A DNA stretch of 37,168 nt from an uncultured Clostridia bacterium (GCA_945788655.1 CALZMV010000001.1:1-37168); one strand, 5' to 3'; counted from the first letter of the stretch, positions 25,456 to 36,972 are shown. A program made the numbers and translations. The notes: generated from the sequence alone by a model not told the origin.

Positions 25456-26103
25456 TTATTCACCTAAAGCGTTTACGATGTCTGCAAATACATTATCCAG
25501 GCCAGTTGCACCGTCAATATGAGCAATGTTGCCAGCCTTTTCGTAATATTCGATTAAAGGCATTGTCTGTGCTTCGTAGACTTCGATTCTGTTTGCTACG
25601 GTTTCTGCATTGTCGTCGGCTCTCTGAATCAGAGTTCCGCCGCATACATCACAGATTCCTTCCTGCTTAGGAGGAATATTTACAACATGATAGCTGGCAC
25701 CGCATGCTTTGCATACGCGTCTGCCTGTTAATCTTGTCATTAATTCTTCCTTTTCAACAGCGATGTCCAGCACCTTATCTATTTTAGAATCGTGTGCAGC
25801 TAAGAATTCATCCAGTTTTTCTGCCTGATAAACAGTTCTTGGAAAACCATCCAGTAAGAAACCGTTTTTACAGTCATCTGCAAGAAGTCTTGTTGTTGCA
25901 ATTTCAATTACTAAATCGTCTGGAACAAGTTCGCCCTTATTCATGTATTCCTGAGCTTTCTTGCCGAGCTCTGTTCCATTTTTGATATTTTCTCTGAAGA
26001 TATCGCCTGTGGAAATGTGTGGAATATTGTATTTTTCTACTATTCTTACCGCCTGGGTACCCTTGCCGGCACCTGGAGGTCCTAAAAGTATAGTTCTAAG
26101 CAT
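25456..26103 (-). CDS. adk: Adenylate kinase (zinc-lid form)
   Basis: 215 aa: ...LLGPPGAGKGTQA.... The lid reads CKACGASYH...CDVCGG. Confidence 0.97.
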   Translation of the reverse strand: MLRTILLGPPGAGKGTQAVRIVEKYNIPHISTGDIFRENIKNGTELGKKAQEYMNKGELVPDDLVIEIATTRLLADDCKNGFLLDGFPRTVYQAEKLDEFLAAHDSKIDKVLDIAVEKEELMTRLTGRRVCKACGASYHVVNIPPKQEGICDVCGGTLIQRADDNAETVANRIEVYEAQTMPLIEYYEKAGNIAHIDGATGLDNVFADIVNALGE

Positions 26104-26117
26104 TTTTCTAAATCCTC

Positions 26118-27398
26118 CTATTTAAGAAATCCCTGATAATTTCTCATCAGCATCTGATTTTCAAGAGCTCTTACAGTTTCAAGTGCAACACCTACTGCGA
26201 TTAACAGTGATGTACCACCGAAATGAATATTTAATGGAGTTAAAACGCTTACTACAGTTGGTAATGTAGCAACTAAAGCAAGGAAAATAGCCCCTACAAC
26301 AGTAATTCTTGACATTACTTTCTGTAAATATTCTTCAGTAGCCTTACCAGGTCTAATTCCCTGGATAGAACCACCATTTGCTTTCATGTTGTTTGCTATA
26401 TCTTTTGGGTTGAATGAAATACCCGCATAGAAGTAAGTAAACGCGATAATAAGCACGATGTTAAGTACACCGTAAATCCATACTCCAGGGTTACCAGCCG
26501 GTGATAACCACTTTGTTACAAACTCAGTAAAACCTGAATTTGGGAAGAAGTATGTGATTGTTAGTGGGAACTGAAGTAATGATAATGCAAAGATGATTGG
26601 AATAACACCAGTCTGGTTAACCTTGATAGGAATATGTGTTGACTGACCGCCGTACATCTTTCTTCCTACAACTCTCTTAGCATAATTTACAGGAATCTTT
26701 CTCTGTCCTTCCTGAATAAGAACTACACCTGCAATTACTAAAACTCCAACTACAACAAAGATTATTAATGTAATAACGGAAATTGTTCCGTCTGATACAC
26801 TTACAAACAAGCTACGAATTCCACTTGGGATTCTAGCAACGATGCCGGCGAAGATTAACAGAGAAATACCATTACCTACGCCCTTTTCGTTAATCTGCTC
26901 TCCTAACCACATTAGGAATGCTGTACCTGCTGTTAAAACAAGTACAATTACGATGATTGAAAATGCACTTCTGTCAACAATTGCTCTTCTGAACAGACCA
27001 ACGGTTAAGCCGATTGCCTGTACCAGCCCCAGAACAACTGTCAGATAACGAGTAATCTGCGCCATTTTCTTTCGACCTTCTGTTCCCTCTTCAGCTAATC
27101 TCTGGAAGTAAGGGAAAGCGATGGTGAGCAGTTGAACAATAATTGATGCTGTGATGTATGGTGTAATACTCAAAGCGAAAATTGTCAAGTTACTGAACGA
27201 ACCACCGGAAAACAGGTCGAATAATTCGAAAAGACCTGCATCTCCAGTGAACATTTCAGCTAATACTGCTCTGTTGATTCCAGGTACCGGAATACATGAT
27301 CCGATACGGAATACAACTAGCATCAGCAAAGTGAAAATCATCTTTGATCTAATTTCAGCAACTTTCCACGCCTGAGCGATGGTTTTAAGCATGCCCAT
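26118..27398 (-). CDS. secY: Preprotein translocase subunit SecY
   Basis: 426 aa with 10 TM segments. Its start overlaps the rplO stop (TAATG). Confidence 0.96.
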   Translation of the reverse strand: MGMLKTIAQAWKVAEIRSKMIFTLLMLVVFRIGSCIPVPGINRAVLAEMFTGDAGLFELFDLFSGGSFSNLTIFALSITPYITASIIVQLLTIAFPYFQRLAEEGTEGRKKMAQITRYLTVVLGLVQAIGLTVGLFRRAIVDRSAFSIIVIVLVLTAGTAFLMWLGEQINEKGVGNGISLLIFAGIVARIPSGIRSLFVSVSDGTISVITLIIFVVVGVLVIAGVVLIQEGQRKIPVNYAKRVVGRKMYGGQSTHIPIKVNQTGVIPIIFALSLLQFPLTITYFFPNSGFTEFVTKWLSPAGNPGVWIYGVLNIVLIIAFTYFYAGISFNPKDIANNMKANGGSIQGIRPGKATEEYLQKVMSRITVVGAIFLALVATLPTVVSVLTPLNIHFGGTSLLIAVGVALETVRALENQMLMRNYQGFLK

Positions 27399-27838
27399 TA
27401 GATCACCTCAGCCTTTCCTCCTGCAGCTTCAATCTTTTCAACAGCAGTCTTACTAAACTTTTCAGCCTTAATTGTTAATGCAACATTTAAGGTTCCTTCG
27501 CCTAAAATCTTAACGCCGTCTTTAACCTGCTTAACGATTCCTTTTTCTTCAAGAAGAGCCTGAGTAACTTCAGTTCCTGCTGCGAATACGTTTAATTCTT
27601 CAACGTTAACGATAGCATATTCTTTTGCCCACTTGTTGTGGAAGCCTCTCTTAGGTAATCTTCTGTATAAAGGCATCTGACCACCTTCGAAGCCTAATCT
27701 AACGCCGCCACCAGATCTTGAGTTCTGACCATTCATACCTCTACCAGCAGTTTTACCCTGTCCAGTAGCAGTACCGCGACCTTTTCTCTTAGGTGCCTTA
27801 GTAGCACCCTGTGGTGCTTTTAATTCATGTAATCTCAT
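27398..27838 (-). CDS. rplO: 50S ribosomal protein L15
   Basis: I place the start at ATG 27838 ([22 protein letters not shown]...) with a GGAGG RBS. The track ORF adds 9 codons that overlap rpmD. Confidence 0.95.
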   Translation of the reverse strand: MRLHELKAPQGATKAPKRKGRGTATGQGKTAGRGMNGQNSRSGGGVRLGFEGGQMPLYRRLPKRGFHNKWAKEYAIVNVEELNVFAAGTEVTQALLEEKGIVKQVKDGVKILGEGTLNVALTIKAEKFSKTAVEKIEAAGGKAEVI

Positions 27839-27851
27839 CCTTGGCACCTCC

Positions 27852-28034
27852 TTAAATTTCTTCAACTTTTACAAGGTGTGAAACTTTTGCGATAGCTCCG
27901 CGTGTTGCAGGAGTGTCGGCAAGTTCTACAGTCTTGTTTAATTTCTTCAATCCTAACGCTTCAACAACTGCTCTCTGCTTAGGGGAAGCGCCAATTGTGC
28001 TTTTTGTTAAAGTAATCTTTACCATTTTTGCCAT
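27852..28034 (-). CDS. rpmD: 50S ribosomal protein L30
   Basis: 60 aa: [33 protein letters not shown].... Confidence 0.96.
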   Translation of the reverse strand: MAKMVKITLTKSTIGASPKQRAVVEALGLKKLNKTVELADTPATRGAIAKVSHLVKVEEI

Positions 28035-28047
28035 TTTTCGTTTCCTC

Positions 28048-28551
28048 CTAACCTAAGATTTCTTCCTTAGTCTTTCCTCTAAGTTTTGCAACCTTTTCTA
28101 CAGTCATCATAGTCTTAAGACCTTCGATTGTAGCATAAGCCATGTTGCATGTGTTGTTGGAGCCGATGGATTTAGCTCTAACGTCTTTGATACCAGCAGC
28201 TTCAAGTACTGTACGTACAGATGAACCTGCGATAACTCCTGTACCCTGTGCAGCAGGCATAATCAGAACTCTTCCAGCTCCGAAAACACCAAGGTTTCTG
28301 TGTGGTACAGTTGTTCCTACTGTTGGAACATATATTAAATTCTTCTTTGCATCTTCTTCAGCTTTTCTTACAGCTTCAGGGATTTCAATTGACTTACCAA
28401 GGCCAACACCTACGTAACCATTGCCGTCACCAACAACTACTGTTACGCTGAATCTCATGTTTCTGCCGCCCTTAACTGTCTTTGAAACTCTTCTGATGTC
28501 AACGATAGTTGACTTTAAGTCCAGCTTGGATGCATCAACGATATTACGCAT
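28048..28551 (-). CDS. rpsE: 30S ribosomal protein S5
   Basis: 167 aa: ...[35 protein letters not shown].... Confidence 0.97.
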   Translation of the reverse strand: MRNIVDASKLDLKSTIVDIRRVSKTVKGGRNMRFSVTVVVGDGNGYVGVGLGKSIEIPEAVRKAEEDAKKNLIYVPTVGTTVPHRNLGVFGAGRVLIMPAAQGTGVIAGSSVRTVLEAAGIKDVRAKSIGSNNTCNMAYATIEGLKTMMTVEKVAKLRGKTKEEILG

Positions 28552-28566
28552 TCCTTTTTCCTCCTG

Positions 28567-28932
28567 TTAGAATTTTAATCCGCCTTCACGAGCGCCATCT
28601 GCTAATTCTGCAACTCTTCCGTGGTATAAGAAACCGCCTCTATCGAAGCAAACTTCTTCAATACCCTTAGCAACAGCCTTCTTAGCAAGAGCTGCGCCTA
28701 CCTTCTTTGCTGCTTCCTTGTTTCCACCATAACCGATTTCTGCCTTTAAGTCTTTGTCAAGAGATGATGCGGAAACTAAAGTTACTCCGTTAACGTCATC
28801 GATGATCTGTGCAGAAATATTCTTGCTGGATCTGAAAACGCAAAGTCTTGGTCTTTCAGGAGTTCCATAAAGATTTTTTCTTACTCTTTCGTGTCTTTTA
28901 ACACGCTTGTCGTTTCTGCTTACTTTAGCCAT
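28567..28932 (-). CDS. rplR: 50S ribosomal protein L18
   Basis: 121 aa: ...[20 protein letters not shown]...[26 protein letters not shown]. Confidence 0.97.
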   Translation of the reverse strand: MAKVSRNDKRVKRHERVRKNLYGTPERPRLCVFRSSKNISAQIIDDVNGVTLVSASSLDKDLKAEIGYGGNKEAAKKVGAALAKKAVAKGIEEVCFDRGGFLYHGRVAELADGAREGGLKF

Positions 28933-28949
28933 TTCACTTCACTCCTTTC

Positions 28950-29489
28950 CTACTTACCAGTCTTGCCTTCTTTTCTGCGGATAACTTCATCAACATACTT
29001 GATACCCTTACCCTTATAAGGTTCAGGCTTTCTCCATGCTCTGATGTTTGCCGCATAGTTTCCAACAAGTGCCTTATCGATACCCTTTACAACAACTTCT
29101 GTTGCGGAAGGAACTTCAGTTGTGATTCCTTCTGGGTCTTCAAGTTCTACAGGATGTGAATATCCAAGGCTTAACACTAATGTCTTACCTTTCTTTTCAG
29201 CCTTATAACCAACACCTACAAGCTGCATCTTCTTTTCGAAGCCTGCTGTAACGCCTGTAATCATGTTAGCAATTAATGTTCTAGCAAGTCCGTGCTGAGC
29301 TCTGTGATCTCTGTGATCTGATTCTCTGGAAACGTTTACAACGCCTTCAGCTACTTCAACTGTGATTAACTTGCTGATTTCTTGTTCTAACTGTCCCTTA
29401 GGTCCTTTAACAGTAACTACATTGTTTGCATCTACTGTTACTTCTACGCCGGCAGGAACAACTACAGGTTTTCTACCAATTCTTGACAT
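28950..29489 (-). CDS. rplF: 50S ribosomal protein L6
   Basis: 179 aa: [20 protein letters not shown]...VKGPKG.... Confidence 0.97.
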   Translation of the reverse strand: MSRIGRKPVVVPAGVEVTVDANNVVTVKGPKGQLEQEISKLITVEVAEGVVNVSRESDHRDHRAQHGLARTLIANMITGVTAGFEKKMQLVGVGYKAEKKGKTLVLSLGYSHPVELEDPEGITTEVPSATEVVVKGIDKALVGNYAANIRAWRKPEPYKGKGIKYVDEVIRRKEGKTGK

Positions 29490-29502
29490 TTATCTGTTCC
29501 TC

Positions 29503-29901
29503 CTACCATACATAACAAATTACTTCGCCGCCAACTCCAAGCTTTCTTGCTTCCTTGTCGCTGATTACTCCGTGAGAAGTGGAGATAATTGCGATACCAA
29601 GTCCGCCTAAAACTCTTGGAACTTCGCCGGCTTTTGCATATTTTCTTAAACCAGGCTTTGAGATCTTCTTGATTCCAGTGATTACTCTTTCCTTGTTAGC
29701 ACCGTACTTCATTGTGACCTTAATCATGCCCTGTTTATTATCATCTATTACTTCGAAATCCTCAATGTAGCCTTCTTCTTTTAAAATTCCTGCGATTGCC
29801 TTCTTCATGTTGGATGCTGGAATTTCAACAGTTTCATGACCTACAGTATTGGCATTTCTGATTCTAGTTAGCATATCTGCTATAGGATCTGTCATTGTCA
29901 T
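29503..29901 (-). CDS. rpsH: 30S ribosomal protein S8
   Basis: 132 aa: [30 protein letters not shown].... Confidence 0.97.
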   Translation of the reverse strand: MTMTDPIADMLTRIRNANTVGHETVEIPASNMKKAIAGILKEEGYIEDFEVIDDNKQGMIKVTMKYGANKERVITGIKKISKPGLRKYAKAGEVPRVLGGLGIAIISTSHGVISDKEARKLGVGGEVICYVW

Positions 29902-29925
29902 TACAGTATTTCTCCTTTCATTAAA

Positions 29926-30111
29926 TTACCAGCTTGCTTTTCTTACGCCAGGAATTTCACCCTTGTAAGCAAGCTCTCTGAAGCAAATACGGCAAATACC
30001 GTATTTTCTTAATACAGCATGAGGTCTTCCGCAAAGTCTGCATCTAGTATATGCACGTGTTGAGTATTTAGGTTTTCTCTGCTGTTTAACCTTGAGAGAT
30101 GTTTTTGCCAT
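29926..30111 (-). CDS. rpsN: 30S ribosomal protein S14, type Z (zinc-binding, 61 aa)
   Basis: [61 protein letters not shown], with CxxC...CxxC present. Confidence 0.96.
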   Translation of the reverse strand: MAKTSLKVKQQRKPKYSTRAYTRCRLCGRPHAVLRKYGICRICFRELAYKGEIPGVRKASW

Positions 30112-30123
30112 GATTCCCTCCTA

Positions 30124-30666
30124 TTATTTTTCAAACGGCATACCAAGAAGTTCAAGTAATGCCTGAGCTTCTTCGTCAGTCTTAGCCGTAGTAGTAAATA
30201 CAATGTTCATACCTTTGATTGTATCAACCTGATCATAGTTGATTTCTGGGAAGATTAACTGTTCCTTGATACCCATAGAATAGTTTCCTCTGCCGTCAAA
30301 AGAGTTCTTGCTAACACCCTTAAAGTCTCTTACTCTTGGAAGGGAGATGTTGAAAAGTTTGTCAACAAATTCGTACATGTTGTCTCCTCTAAGAGTAACC
30401 TTTGCACCTACAGGCATTCCCTGTCTAACCTTGAAGTTAGCGATGGACTTTTTAGCCTTAGTAACAACCGGTCTCTGTCCGCTGATTAAAGCCATTTCTT
30501 CAACTGCGGATTCTATAACTTTAGCATTGTCCTTAGCTTCGCCAAGACCCATGTTAATAGTTACTTTTTCTAATTTTGGAACTTCCATTACATTCTTGTA
30601 CTGGAATTTTTCTTTTAATTCAACGAAAACTTTTTCGTCGTACATTGTTCTTAATCTTGCTGTCAA
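30124..30666 (-). CDS. rplE: 50S ribosomal protein L5
   Basis: 180 aa: ...[20 protein letters not shown]...[20 protein letters not shown].... Confidence 0.97.
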   Translation of the reverse strand: MTARLRTMYDEKVFVELKEKFQYKNVMEVPKLEKVTINMGLGEAKDNAKVIESAVEEMALISGQRPVVTKAKKSIANFKVRQGMPVGAKVTLRGDNMYEFVDKLFNISLPRVRDFKGVSKNSFDGRGNYSMGIKEQLIFPEINYDQVDTIKGMNIVFTTTAKTDEEAQALLELLGMPFEK

Positions 30667-30683
30667 AGTTTTCTCCTCCTTTC

Positions 30684-30983
30684 CTAGTCGATTACAGCGC
30701 CAGTCTTCTTGGACACTCTTACTTTCTTTCCGTTTTCGATCTTGTAGCCAACTCTTGTTGCTTCCTTACCGTCAAAAAGCATTACGTTGGAAGCATCGAT
30801 AGGTCCTTCCATATGCTTGATTTCAGCAGGTGATTTCTGAGTAGCCTTAGCATGCTTAGTCTGCATGTTAACGCCTTCTACAACAACCTTGTTTTCTTTT
30901 GGCATAGCCTTAAGAACTTTTCCGGATTTGCCTTTATCTTTACCAGTGATTACTACCACTGTGTCGCCTTTCTTAATACGCAT
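30684..30983 (-). CDS. rplX: 50S ribosomal protein L24
   Basis: 99 aa: [25 protein letters not shown]... (KOW motif). Confidence 0.96.
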   Translation of the reverse strand: MRIKKGDTVVVITGKDKGKSGKVLKAMPKENKVVVEGVNMQTKHAKATQKSPAEIKHMEGPIDASNVMLFDGKEATRVGYKIENGKKVRVSKKTGAVID

Positions 30984-30996
30984 CCTTGTTCACCTC

Positions 30997-31371
30997 CTAC
31001 AGTACTTCCGGTGCCAATGACACGATCTTCATGAAGCCCTTTTCTCTGAGCTCTCTAGCAACCGGTCCGAAGATACGAGTTCCAACCGGGTTCTTGTCTT
31101 CTTTATCTTTAATGATAACTGCAGCGTTCTGGTCAAACTTTACATAGCTTCCGTCAGCTCTTCTGGCACCATGCTTAGTTCTAACTACTACAGCCTTAAC
31201 TACGTCGCCTTTTTTAACAACGCCGCCTGGTGTTGCTTCTTTAACCGCGCAAACGATTACATCTCCGATGTTCGCATACTGACGGGAAGTACCGCCGAGG
31301 ATACGAATGCAAAGGAGTTCTTTTGCACCTGAATTGTCAGCAACTCTTAATCTTGTTTCTGTCTGAATCAT
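30997..31371 (-). CDS. rplN: 50S ribosomal protein L14
   Basis: [27 protein letters not shown].... Confidence 0.97.
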   Translation of the reverse strand: MIQTETRLRVADNSGAKELLCIRILGGTSRQYANIGDVIVCAVKEATPGGVVKKGDVVKAVVVRTKHGARRADGSYVKFDQNAAVIIKDKEDKNPVGTRIFGPVARELREKGFMKIVSLAPEVL

Positions 31372-31385
31372 GATCTGGTGCCTCC

Positions 31386-31646
31386 TTATTTAACCTTTTC
31401 TATGATGTTCACAAGTCTCCATCTCTTGTCCTTGGACAGAGGTCTTGTTTCCATAATTCTAACCTTATCGCCAATCTGGCATTCGTTGTTTTCATCGTGA
31501 GCCTTTACCTTCTTGGTTCTCTTTACGGCCTTACCATAAAGGGAATGTCTTACGAAGTCTTCGATTGCAACAACTACAGTCTTATCCATCTTATCGGATA
31601 CTACTACACCGACCTTAGTCTTTCTTCTGTTTCTTTCAACTGTCAT
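31386..31646 (-). CDS. rpsQ: 30S ribosomal protein S17
   Basis: 86 aa: ...[29 protein letters not shown].... Confidence 0.96.
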   Translation of the reverse strand: MTVERNRRKTKVGVVVSDKMDKTVVVAIEDFVRHSLYGKAVKRTKKVKAHDENNECQIGDKVRIMETRPLSKDKRWRLVNIIEKVK

Positions 31647-31664
31647 ATTACATCCTCCTTTCTA

Positions 31665-31868
31665 TTAAGCCTGAACCTTTGCAAGCTCTTTTTCTCTGAT
31701 GATAGTTTTAACTCTTGCGATGTCTCTCTTTAATTCTCTCATCTTAACAGGGTTTTCTAACTGTCCTGTAACATGCTGGAATCTTAAGTTGAAAAGCTCT
31801 TTCTTCATCTTGTCGAGTTCAGTGTTTAATTCAACTTCTGTAAGTTCTCTCATTTTCTTTAATTCCAT
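31665..31868 (-). CDS. rpmC: 50S ribosomal protein L29
   Basis: 67 aa: ...[17 protein letters not shown].... Its ATG overlaps the rplP stop. Confidence 0.95.
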   Translation of the reverse strand: MELKKMRELTEVELNTELDKMKKELFNLRFQHVTGQLENPVKMRELKRDIARVKTIIREKELAKVQA

Positions 31869-32299
31869 TATGCTTCACCACCCTTTGCTTCTTTTTCCTT
31901 GATGGCAAATTTGCACTTAACCGGCAGCTTATGTGAAGCAAGTCTCATAGCTTCTCTTGCTTTTTCTTCAGAAACGCCTTCGATCTCGAACATAACTCTG
32001 CCCGGCTTAACTACTGCTACCCAGTACTCAGGAGCACCTTTACCGGAACCCATACGTACTTCAGCAGGTTTCTTGGTTACTGACTTGTGCGGGAAAATCT
32101 TGATATATACTTTACCACCTCTTTTGATGGAACGGGTCATAGCGATTCGAGCCGCTTCAATCTGATTCGAGGTGATCCATCCACATTCCTGTGCAACTAA
32201 TCCGTAGGAACCGTAAGTAATCGTGTTTCCCTTCGTTGCAACGCCTTTCATTCTTCCTCTGTGAACTCTTCTACGTTTAACGCGCTTTGGCATTAACAT
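31868..32299 (-). CDS. rplP: 50S ribosomal protein L16
   Basis: 143 aa: [19 protein letters not shown]...[11 protein letters not shown].... Confidence 0.97.
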   Translation of the reverse strand: MLMPKRVKRRRVHRGRMKGVATKGNTITYGSYGLVAQECGWITSNQIEAARIAMTRSIKRGGKVYIKIFPHKSVTKKPAEVRMGSGKGAPEYWVAVVKPGRVMFEIEGVSEEKAREAMRLASHKLPVKCKFAIKEKEAKGGEA

Positions 32300-32324
32300 G
32301 GCTTAGTTCCTCCTTTCCATACTA

Positions 32325-33188
32325 TTATTCTTCAGTTTCTACAGCAGTTTCTGGTGCTGCTTCAACCTGTGGTTCTACTTTTGGAGTTTTTCTTACTCTT
32401 GGGTTTACAGCCTTCGGAGCTTCTGCTCTTTCGTTTCTGTTTCTTCCCTGACGTTCACGTCTTTCTCCGTTGTTACGTCTGTCACGTCTTTCACCGTTCT
32501 TAGGTCTTCTTTCTCTCTTTTCGCGCTTTTCTTCACGAATTGCACTCTTCAGACCCTTGTCAAGAACTTCACCGTGGTTAATCCAAACCTTAACACCGAT
32601 TTTACCGTAAGTTGTATCTGCTTCAGCAAAACCATAGTCGATATCAGCTCTTAATGTATGAAGAGGAACATTGCCTTCGCTGTAGCTTTCGCTTCTAGCG
32701 ATTTCTGCTCCGCCAAGTCTACCGGATACTGTGATTTTGATACCCTTTGCGTTAGCTTTCATTGTTCTGCCGATTGCCTGTTTCATAGCTCTTCTGAAAG
32801 TAACACGTCTTTCTAAAGCCTGAGCAACTGACTCTGCAGTAAGCTGTGCATCAAGTTCAGCTCTTCTTACTTCTTCAATTGAAATTTCAACTTCCTTGCC
32901 GGTCATCTTTACTAAGTCCTTCTTAAGAACTTCGATTCCGTCTCCGGATCTTCCAATTACCATTCCTGGCTTAGCAGTCAGAATGATAACTCTAATCTTG
33001 CTTTCTGAAGCTCTTTCGATAAGAACTTTAGATACGCCAGCTACATATAATTTTTTCTTTACATATGTTCTTACTTTATTATCTTCAGCAAGGAAATCTG
33101 CAAAGTTTTTCTTATCTCCATACCACTTGGAGTCCCAGTCTTTGATAACGCCCACTCTCAAACCATGTGGACTAACTTTCTGACCCAT
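32325..33188 (-). CDS. rpsC: 30S ribosomal protein S3 with a C-terminal extension of about 70 aa rich in Arg/Glu
   Basis: 287 aa. The core is [23 protein letters not shown]...[12 protein letters not shown].... The tail is ...[70 protein letters not shown]. Confidence 0.96.
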   Translation of the reverse strand: MGQKVSPHGLRVGVIKDWDSKWYGDKKNFADFLAEDNKVRTYVKKKLYVAGVSKVLIERASESKIRVIILTAKPGMVIGRSGDGIEVLKKDLVKMTGKEVEISIEEVRRAELDAQLTAESVAQALERRVTFRRAMKQAIGRTMKANAKGIKITVSGRLGGAEIARSESYSEGNVPLHTLRADIDYGFAEADTTYGKIGVKVWINHGEVLDKGLKSAIREEKREKRERRPKNGERRDRRNNGERRERQGRNRNERAEAPKAVNPRVRKTPKVEPQVEAAPETAVETEE

Positions 33189-33200
33189 TAGTGAACCTCC

Positions 33201-33536
33201 TTATTCTTTTTCTTTAAGAGTAACGCCAACGTGGCTGCTTCTCTTTAAGATAATTGATGCTCTACCCTGAGAACCAGCTCTCCATCTCTTCATTGTAGGA
33301 CCCTGGTTAGCGTAGATTTCTGCAACGTATAAATTGTCTGGATTCATATCGAAATTGTTTTCAGCGTTTGCTGCAGCTGACATAACAACTTTTTCTACGA
33401 TTTCAGCACCCTTACCAGGTGTGAACTTTAAGATAGTTAATGCCTCATTTAAGTCTTTGCCTCTTACTAGGTCTGTAACAGGTTTTAGCTTGATAGGAGA
33501 CATTCTAACATATTTAGCAACTGCTTTTGCTTCCAT
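33201..33536 (-). CDS. rplV: 50S ribosomal protein L22
   Basis: 111 aa: MEAKAVAKYVRMSPIKLKPVTDLVRGK.... Confidence 0.97.
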   Translation of the reverse strand: MEAKAVAKYVRMSPIKLKPVTDLVRGKDLNEALTILKFTPGKGAEIVEKVVMSAAANAENNFDMNPDNLYVAEIYANQGPTMKRWRAGSQGRASIILKRSSHVGVTLKEKE

Positions 33537-33553
33537 TTTTATTATCTCCTTTC

Positions 33554-33835
33554 TTATCTCTTAACCTTTGAAGACTTGTCTGCTGCATGTCCTCTGTAGT
33601 TTCTTGTTGGAGCAAATTCTCCAAGTCTGTGTCCTACCATATCTTCTGTGATATAAACAGGAACGTGTTTCTTACCATCGTGTACTGCGATAGTGTGTCC
33701 CACCATCTGTGGGAATATTGTAGATGGTCTTGACCATGTTTTAATAACTTTCTTTTCGTTAGCTGCGTTCATTTCATCAATGGCTTTAAGCAGCTTCGCA
33801 TTCACGAAAGGGCCTTTTTTAAGTGATCTACCCAT
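33554..33835 (-). CDS. rpsS: 30S ribosomal protein S19
   Basis: 93 aa: [16 protein letters not shown]...[30 protein letters not shown].... Confidence 0.97.
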   Translation of the reverse strand: MGRSLKKGPFVNAKLLKAIDEMNAANEKKVIKTWSRPSTIFPQMVGHTIAVHDGKKHVPVYITEDMVGHRLGEFAPTRNYRGHAADKSSKVKR

Positions 33836-33853
33836 TACTGTTGCTCCTTCCTA

Positions 33854-34687
33854 TTATTTTTCGTTTCTTCTCTTTACGATATACTGATTAGAAGCTTTGT
33901 TCTTCTTTCTTGTCTTGTAACCAAGTGCAGGTTTACCCCATGGAGTAACCGGACCCTTACGTCCGATAGGTGCTCTACCTTCACCACCACCGTGTGGGTG
34001 ATCGTTAGGGTTCATTACGGAACCTCTTACTGTAGGTCTAACGCCCATGTGTCTCTTTCTACCTGCCTTACCAATCTGGATATTAGCGTGGTCTGCATTA
34101 CCAACTTCACCGATTGTAGCTCTGCACTGCATGCTAACTTTTCTTACTTCTCCGGAAGGAAGTCTTACCTGAGCGTAATCTCCTTCTTTAGCCATTAACT
34201 GAGCTCCGTTACCAGCGGATCTAGCTAACTGACCACCCTTACCAGGCTTTAATTCCACGTTGTGGATAATTGTACCAACTGGAATATTAGCGATTGGAAG
34301 AGCGTTTCCTACCATGATGTCCGCATCTGGACCGGATTCGATTTTGTATCCAACCTTTAACTTGTTTGGAGCCAGGATGTATCTCTTTTCACCATCAGCA
34401 TAAACAAGTAAAGCGATATTAGCACTTCTGTTTGGATCGTATTCGATAGTTTTAACAACTGCAGGAATACCATCCTTGTTTCTCTTGAAGTCAATAATTC
34501 TGTATTTTGGTCTTGTGCCGCCACCTTTATGTCTTACAGTGATCTTACCTCTGTTATTTCTACCTGAATGTTTCTTAAGAGTAACAGTCAGTGATTTTTC
34601 AGGAGTTGATGTTGTAATTTCTTCAAAAGTGGAAACAGTCATTCCTCTAAGACCTGGAGTAGTTGGATTGTATTTTCTAATTCCCAT
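33854..34687 (-). CDS. rplB: 50S ribosomal protein L2
   Basis: 277 aa: ...[16 protein letters not shown]...[14 protein letters not shown].... Confidence 0.97.
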   Translation of the reverse strand: MGIRKYNPTTPGLRGMTVSTFEEITTSTPEKSLTVTLKKHSGRNNRGKITVRHKGGGTRPKYRIIDFKRNKDGIPAVVKTIEYDPNRSANIALLVYADGEKRYILAPNKLKVGYKIESGPDADIMVGNALPIANIPVGTIIHNVELKPGKGGQLARSAGNGAQLMAKEGDYAQVRLPSGEVRKVSMQCRATIGEVGNADHANIQIGKAGRKRHMGVRPTVRGSVMNPNDHPHGGGEGRAPIGRKGPVTPWGKPALGYKTRKKNKASNQYIVKRRNEK

Positions 34688-34704
34688 TGTTTGCTACCTC
34701 CTAA

Positions 34705-34995
34705 TTATAGTCCCTGGAAGAATTCAATCTCTTTGCTCTTTTCAGTAAGAGTAACGATTGCTTTCTTGTAAGCAGCTGTTCTGCCTACATATCTTCCCAT
34801 TCTTTTAACTTTTCCATCGTAGTTCATGATGTTTACTCTAGCAACTTCTACGCCGAAAATTTCTTCTACAGCAAGTTTAACCTGAGTTTTGTTAGCGTCT
34901 GTTGCAACTTTGAACGTGTACTTCTTATCAGCAGCTACGTCCATAGACTGTTCTGAAATAACAGGTTCCAGAATGATATCATATGCTGTTCTCAT
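34705..34995 (-). CDS. rplW: 50S ribosomal protein L23
   Basis: 96 aa: ...[27 protein letters not shown].... Its ATG overlaps the rplD stop. Confidence 0.96.
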   Translation of the reverse strand: MRTAYDIILEPVISEQSMDVAADKKYTFKVATDANKTQVKLAVEEIFGVEVARVNIMNYDGKVKRMGRYVGRTAAYKKAIVTLTEKSKEIEFFQGL

Positions 34996-35618
34996 TATAA
35001 GTACACCTCCTCAATTTTCTTTACTGCTTCCTGAGTTACGATGAAGCTTTCGTGGTTAACGATTTCGTAAACGTTCATTGTGTTTACTAAAGCTGTTCTA
35101 ACTCCAGGGATGTTAGCTGCGGATCTAACAACTGTTTCGTCCTTTTCAGCCATTACGATTAAAGCTTTCTTTCCAGCCTTAACATTTTCTAACACCTTGA
35201 TCATTTCTTTTGTCTTTGGTGCTTCGAATTTTAATTCGTCTAAAACGATGATTTCCTTTTCTGCTACCTTTGAAGAAAGAGCTGACTTCATTGCAAGTCT
35301 TCTTAACTTCTTAGGAAGTGTGTATCTATAATCTCTTGGCTTTGGTGCGAATACGATACCACCACCGATCTGTGAAGGGTCAGTGGAATGTCCCTGTCTG
35401 TGGCGACCAGTACCTTTCTGTCTGAAAGGCTTTCTACCGCCCCCTCTGACTTCGCCTCTAGTCTTTGCTGACTGAGTGCCCTGTCTCTGGTTTGCCAAGT
35501 AATTTTTTACTACTGCATGAACTGCATATTCATTTGGAGTGATACCGAAGATTTCGTCTTTTAATTCGATTACTCCAGCTTCAGCTCCTGCCATGTTTAG
35601 CATTGTTACTTTTGCCAT
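34995..35618 (-). CDS. rplD: 50S ribosomal protein L4
   Basis: 207 aa: ...[32 protein letters not shown].... Confidence 0.97.
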   Translation of the reverse strand: MAKVTMLNMAGAEAGVIELKDEIFGITPNEYAVHAVVKNYLANQRQGTQSAKTRGEVRGGGRKPFRQKGTGRHRQGHSTDPSQIGGGIVFAPKPRDYRYTLPKKLRRLAMKSALSSKVAEKEIIVLDELKFEAPKTKEMIKVLENVKAGKKALIVMAEKDETVVRSAANIPGVRTALVNTMNVYEIVNHESFIVTQEAVKKIEEVYL

Positions 35619-35648
35619 TTTAGCTTCCTCCTTTCTAAAGATCCTCTA

Positions 35649-36278
35649 TTACTGACCTTTAACTGCATACTGGATTCTTACTAAGCCGCCCTTGTTTCCA
35701 GGAACTGCGCCCTTAACCAGCATTAGGTTTCTGTCTTCGATAACTTTAACTAAAACCAGGTTCTGAACAGTAACTGTATCTCTACCCATTCTACCAGGTC
35801 CTTTGTTACCCTTGAATACTCTTGAAGGGTAAGTACCTGCTGCTAACGCACCTGCAAGTCTCTTATGCTTTGAACCGTGGGACATAGGACCTCTGTGGTG
35901 TCCGTGTCTCTTGATGTTACCCTGAGTACCCTTACCTTTGGATACGCCTGTAACGTCGATTTTCTTTCCTGCTTCGAAATCAGCAACTGTGATTACCTGT
36001 CCTACTTCGTAAGCTTCGCCTTCTTCAGTTCTGAATTCAGCTAAGTACTTCTTAGTAACCACTCCAGCTTTTTCAAAGTGACCTGTAAGAGGTTTGTTAA
36101 CTCTCTGTGGCTTCTGATCTTCAAAGCCAACCTGTACTGCATTGTATCCGTCAGTTTCAACTGTCTTAACCTGAGTTACAACTTCTGGACCTGCTTCGAT
36201 AACTGTTACAGGAATAACGTTTCCTGCTTCATCGAAGATCTGGGTCATTCCCAGCTTCTTACCTAAGATTGCTTTCAT
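35649..36278 (-). CDS. rplC: 50S ribosomal protein L3
   Basis: 209 aa: [31 protein letters not shown].... Confidence 0.97.
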   Translation of the reverse strand: MKAILGKKLGMTQIFDEAGNVIPVTVIEAGPEVVTQVKTVETDGYNAVQVGFEDQKPQRVNKPLTGHFEKAGVVTKKYLAEFRTEEGEAYEVGQVITVADFEAGKKIDVTGVSKGKGTQGNIKRHGHHRGPMSHGSKHKRLAGALAAGTYPSRVFKGNKGPGRMGRDTVTVQNLVLVKVIEDRNLMLVKGAVPGNKGGLVRIQYAVKGQ

Positions 36279-36416
36279 TATTTTTCCTCCATATTCTTAC
36301 ATTGGAACTCTCTGGTTTGGATTTTTCGTCTCAGCTGACACAGGATGCCGAGATGCTGTCCCTCACATGCGTTCTTACTAAGGGAGATTCCCTTACTTGT
36401 TTAATCCCGCTTTATA

Positions 36417-36728
36417 TTAAAGCTTGATTTCGATGTCTACACCAGCAGGTAAATCTAACTTTGTTAGAGCATCTGTTGTCTTAAGTGTAGCATTTGTGAT
36501 GTCAATCAGTCTCTTGTGAGTTCTCTGTTCGAACTGTTCTCTGCTGTCTTTGTATTTGTGTACAGCTCTTAAGATTGTGATGACTTCTTTTTCTGTAGGA
36601 AGCGGAATTGGGCCGGAAACATCTGCGCCTGTCTTCTTAGCTGTCTCTACAATTTTGGCTGCTGACTGATCTAGTAAAGCGTGGTCATAAGCCTTCAGTT
36701 TGATTCTGATTTTCTGTAATTCGCTCAT
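36417..36728 (-). CDS. rpsJ: 30S ribosomal protein S10
   Basis: I place the start at ATG 36728 ([35 protein letters not shown]...). The track start at 36740 is an ATG embedded in the GGAGG RBS itself. Confidence 0.96.
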   Translation of the reverse strand: MSELQKIRIKLKAYDHALLDQSAAKIVETAKKTGADVSGPIPLPTEKEVITILRAVHKYKDSREQFEQRTHKRLIDITNATLKTTDALTKLDLPAGVDIEIKL

Positions 36729-36863
36729 TTTTTCCTCCATTTAATTTTTTGTACTGTTTTCGCTATGCTTGTACAAGGGGTTCAAATGCCTTGATTTCAA
36801 CGTGTACAGTGGAATTGCTTGCTTCGTACACGCTACCGTGTGTGTTCTTTTTTGCACTCACAG

Positions 36864-36890
36864 TAAAAAACAGGCGAATCCCTTCGCCCC
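36864..36890 (-). terminator. Intrinsic-terminator-like hairpin inside the S10 operon leader (candidate attenuator)
   Basis: Minus-strand GGCGAA-GGGA-UUCGCC forms a 6-7-bp GC-rich stem with a GNRA loop, followed by UGUUUUUUAC. It lies about 76-102 nt downstream of the predicted start site and about 135 nt upstream of rpsJ. Confidence 0.55.
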
Positions 36891-36972
36891 CATCAAGTAG
36901 GGACTTACTCGGCGGAAATTACCTGATAGCTCAGCAACTTCCCGCTTCATCGCCATTTTCACAAGCTATTAA

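Noticed and set aside
36774-36793. GGTTCAAAT motif resembling a tRNA T-loop on the plus strand.
   Set aside because: The closing stem leaves a 10-nt loop. There are no acceptor, D or anticodon arms around it. It is simply a hairpin of the minus-strand rpsJ leader.
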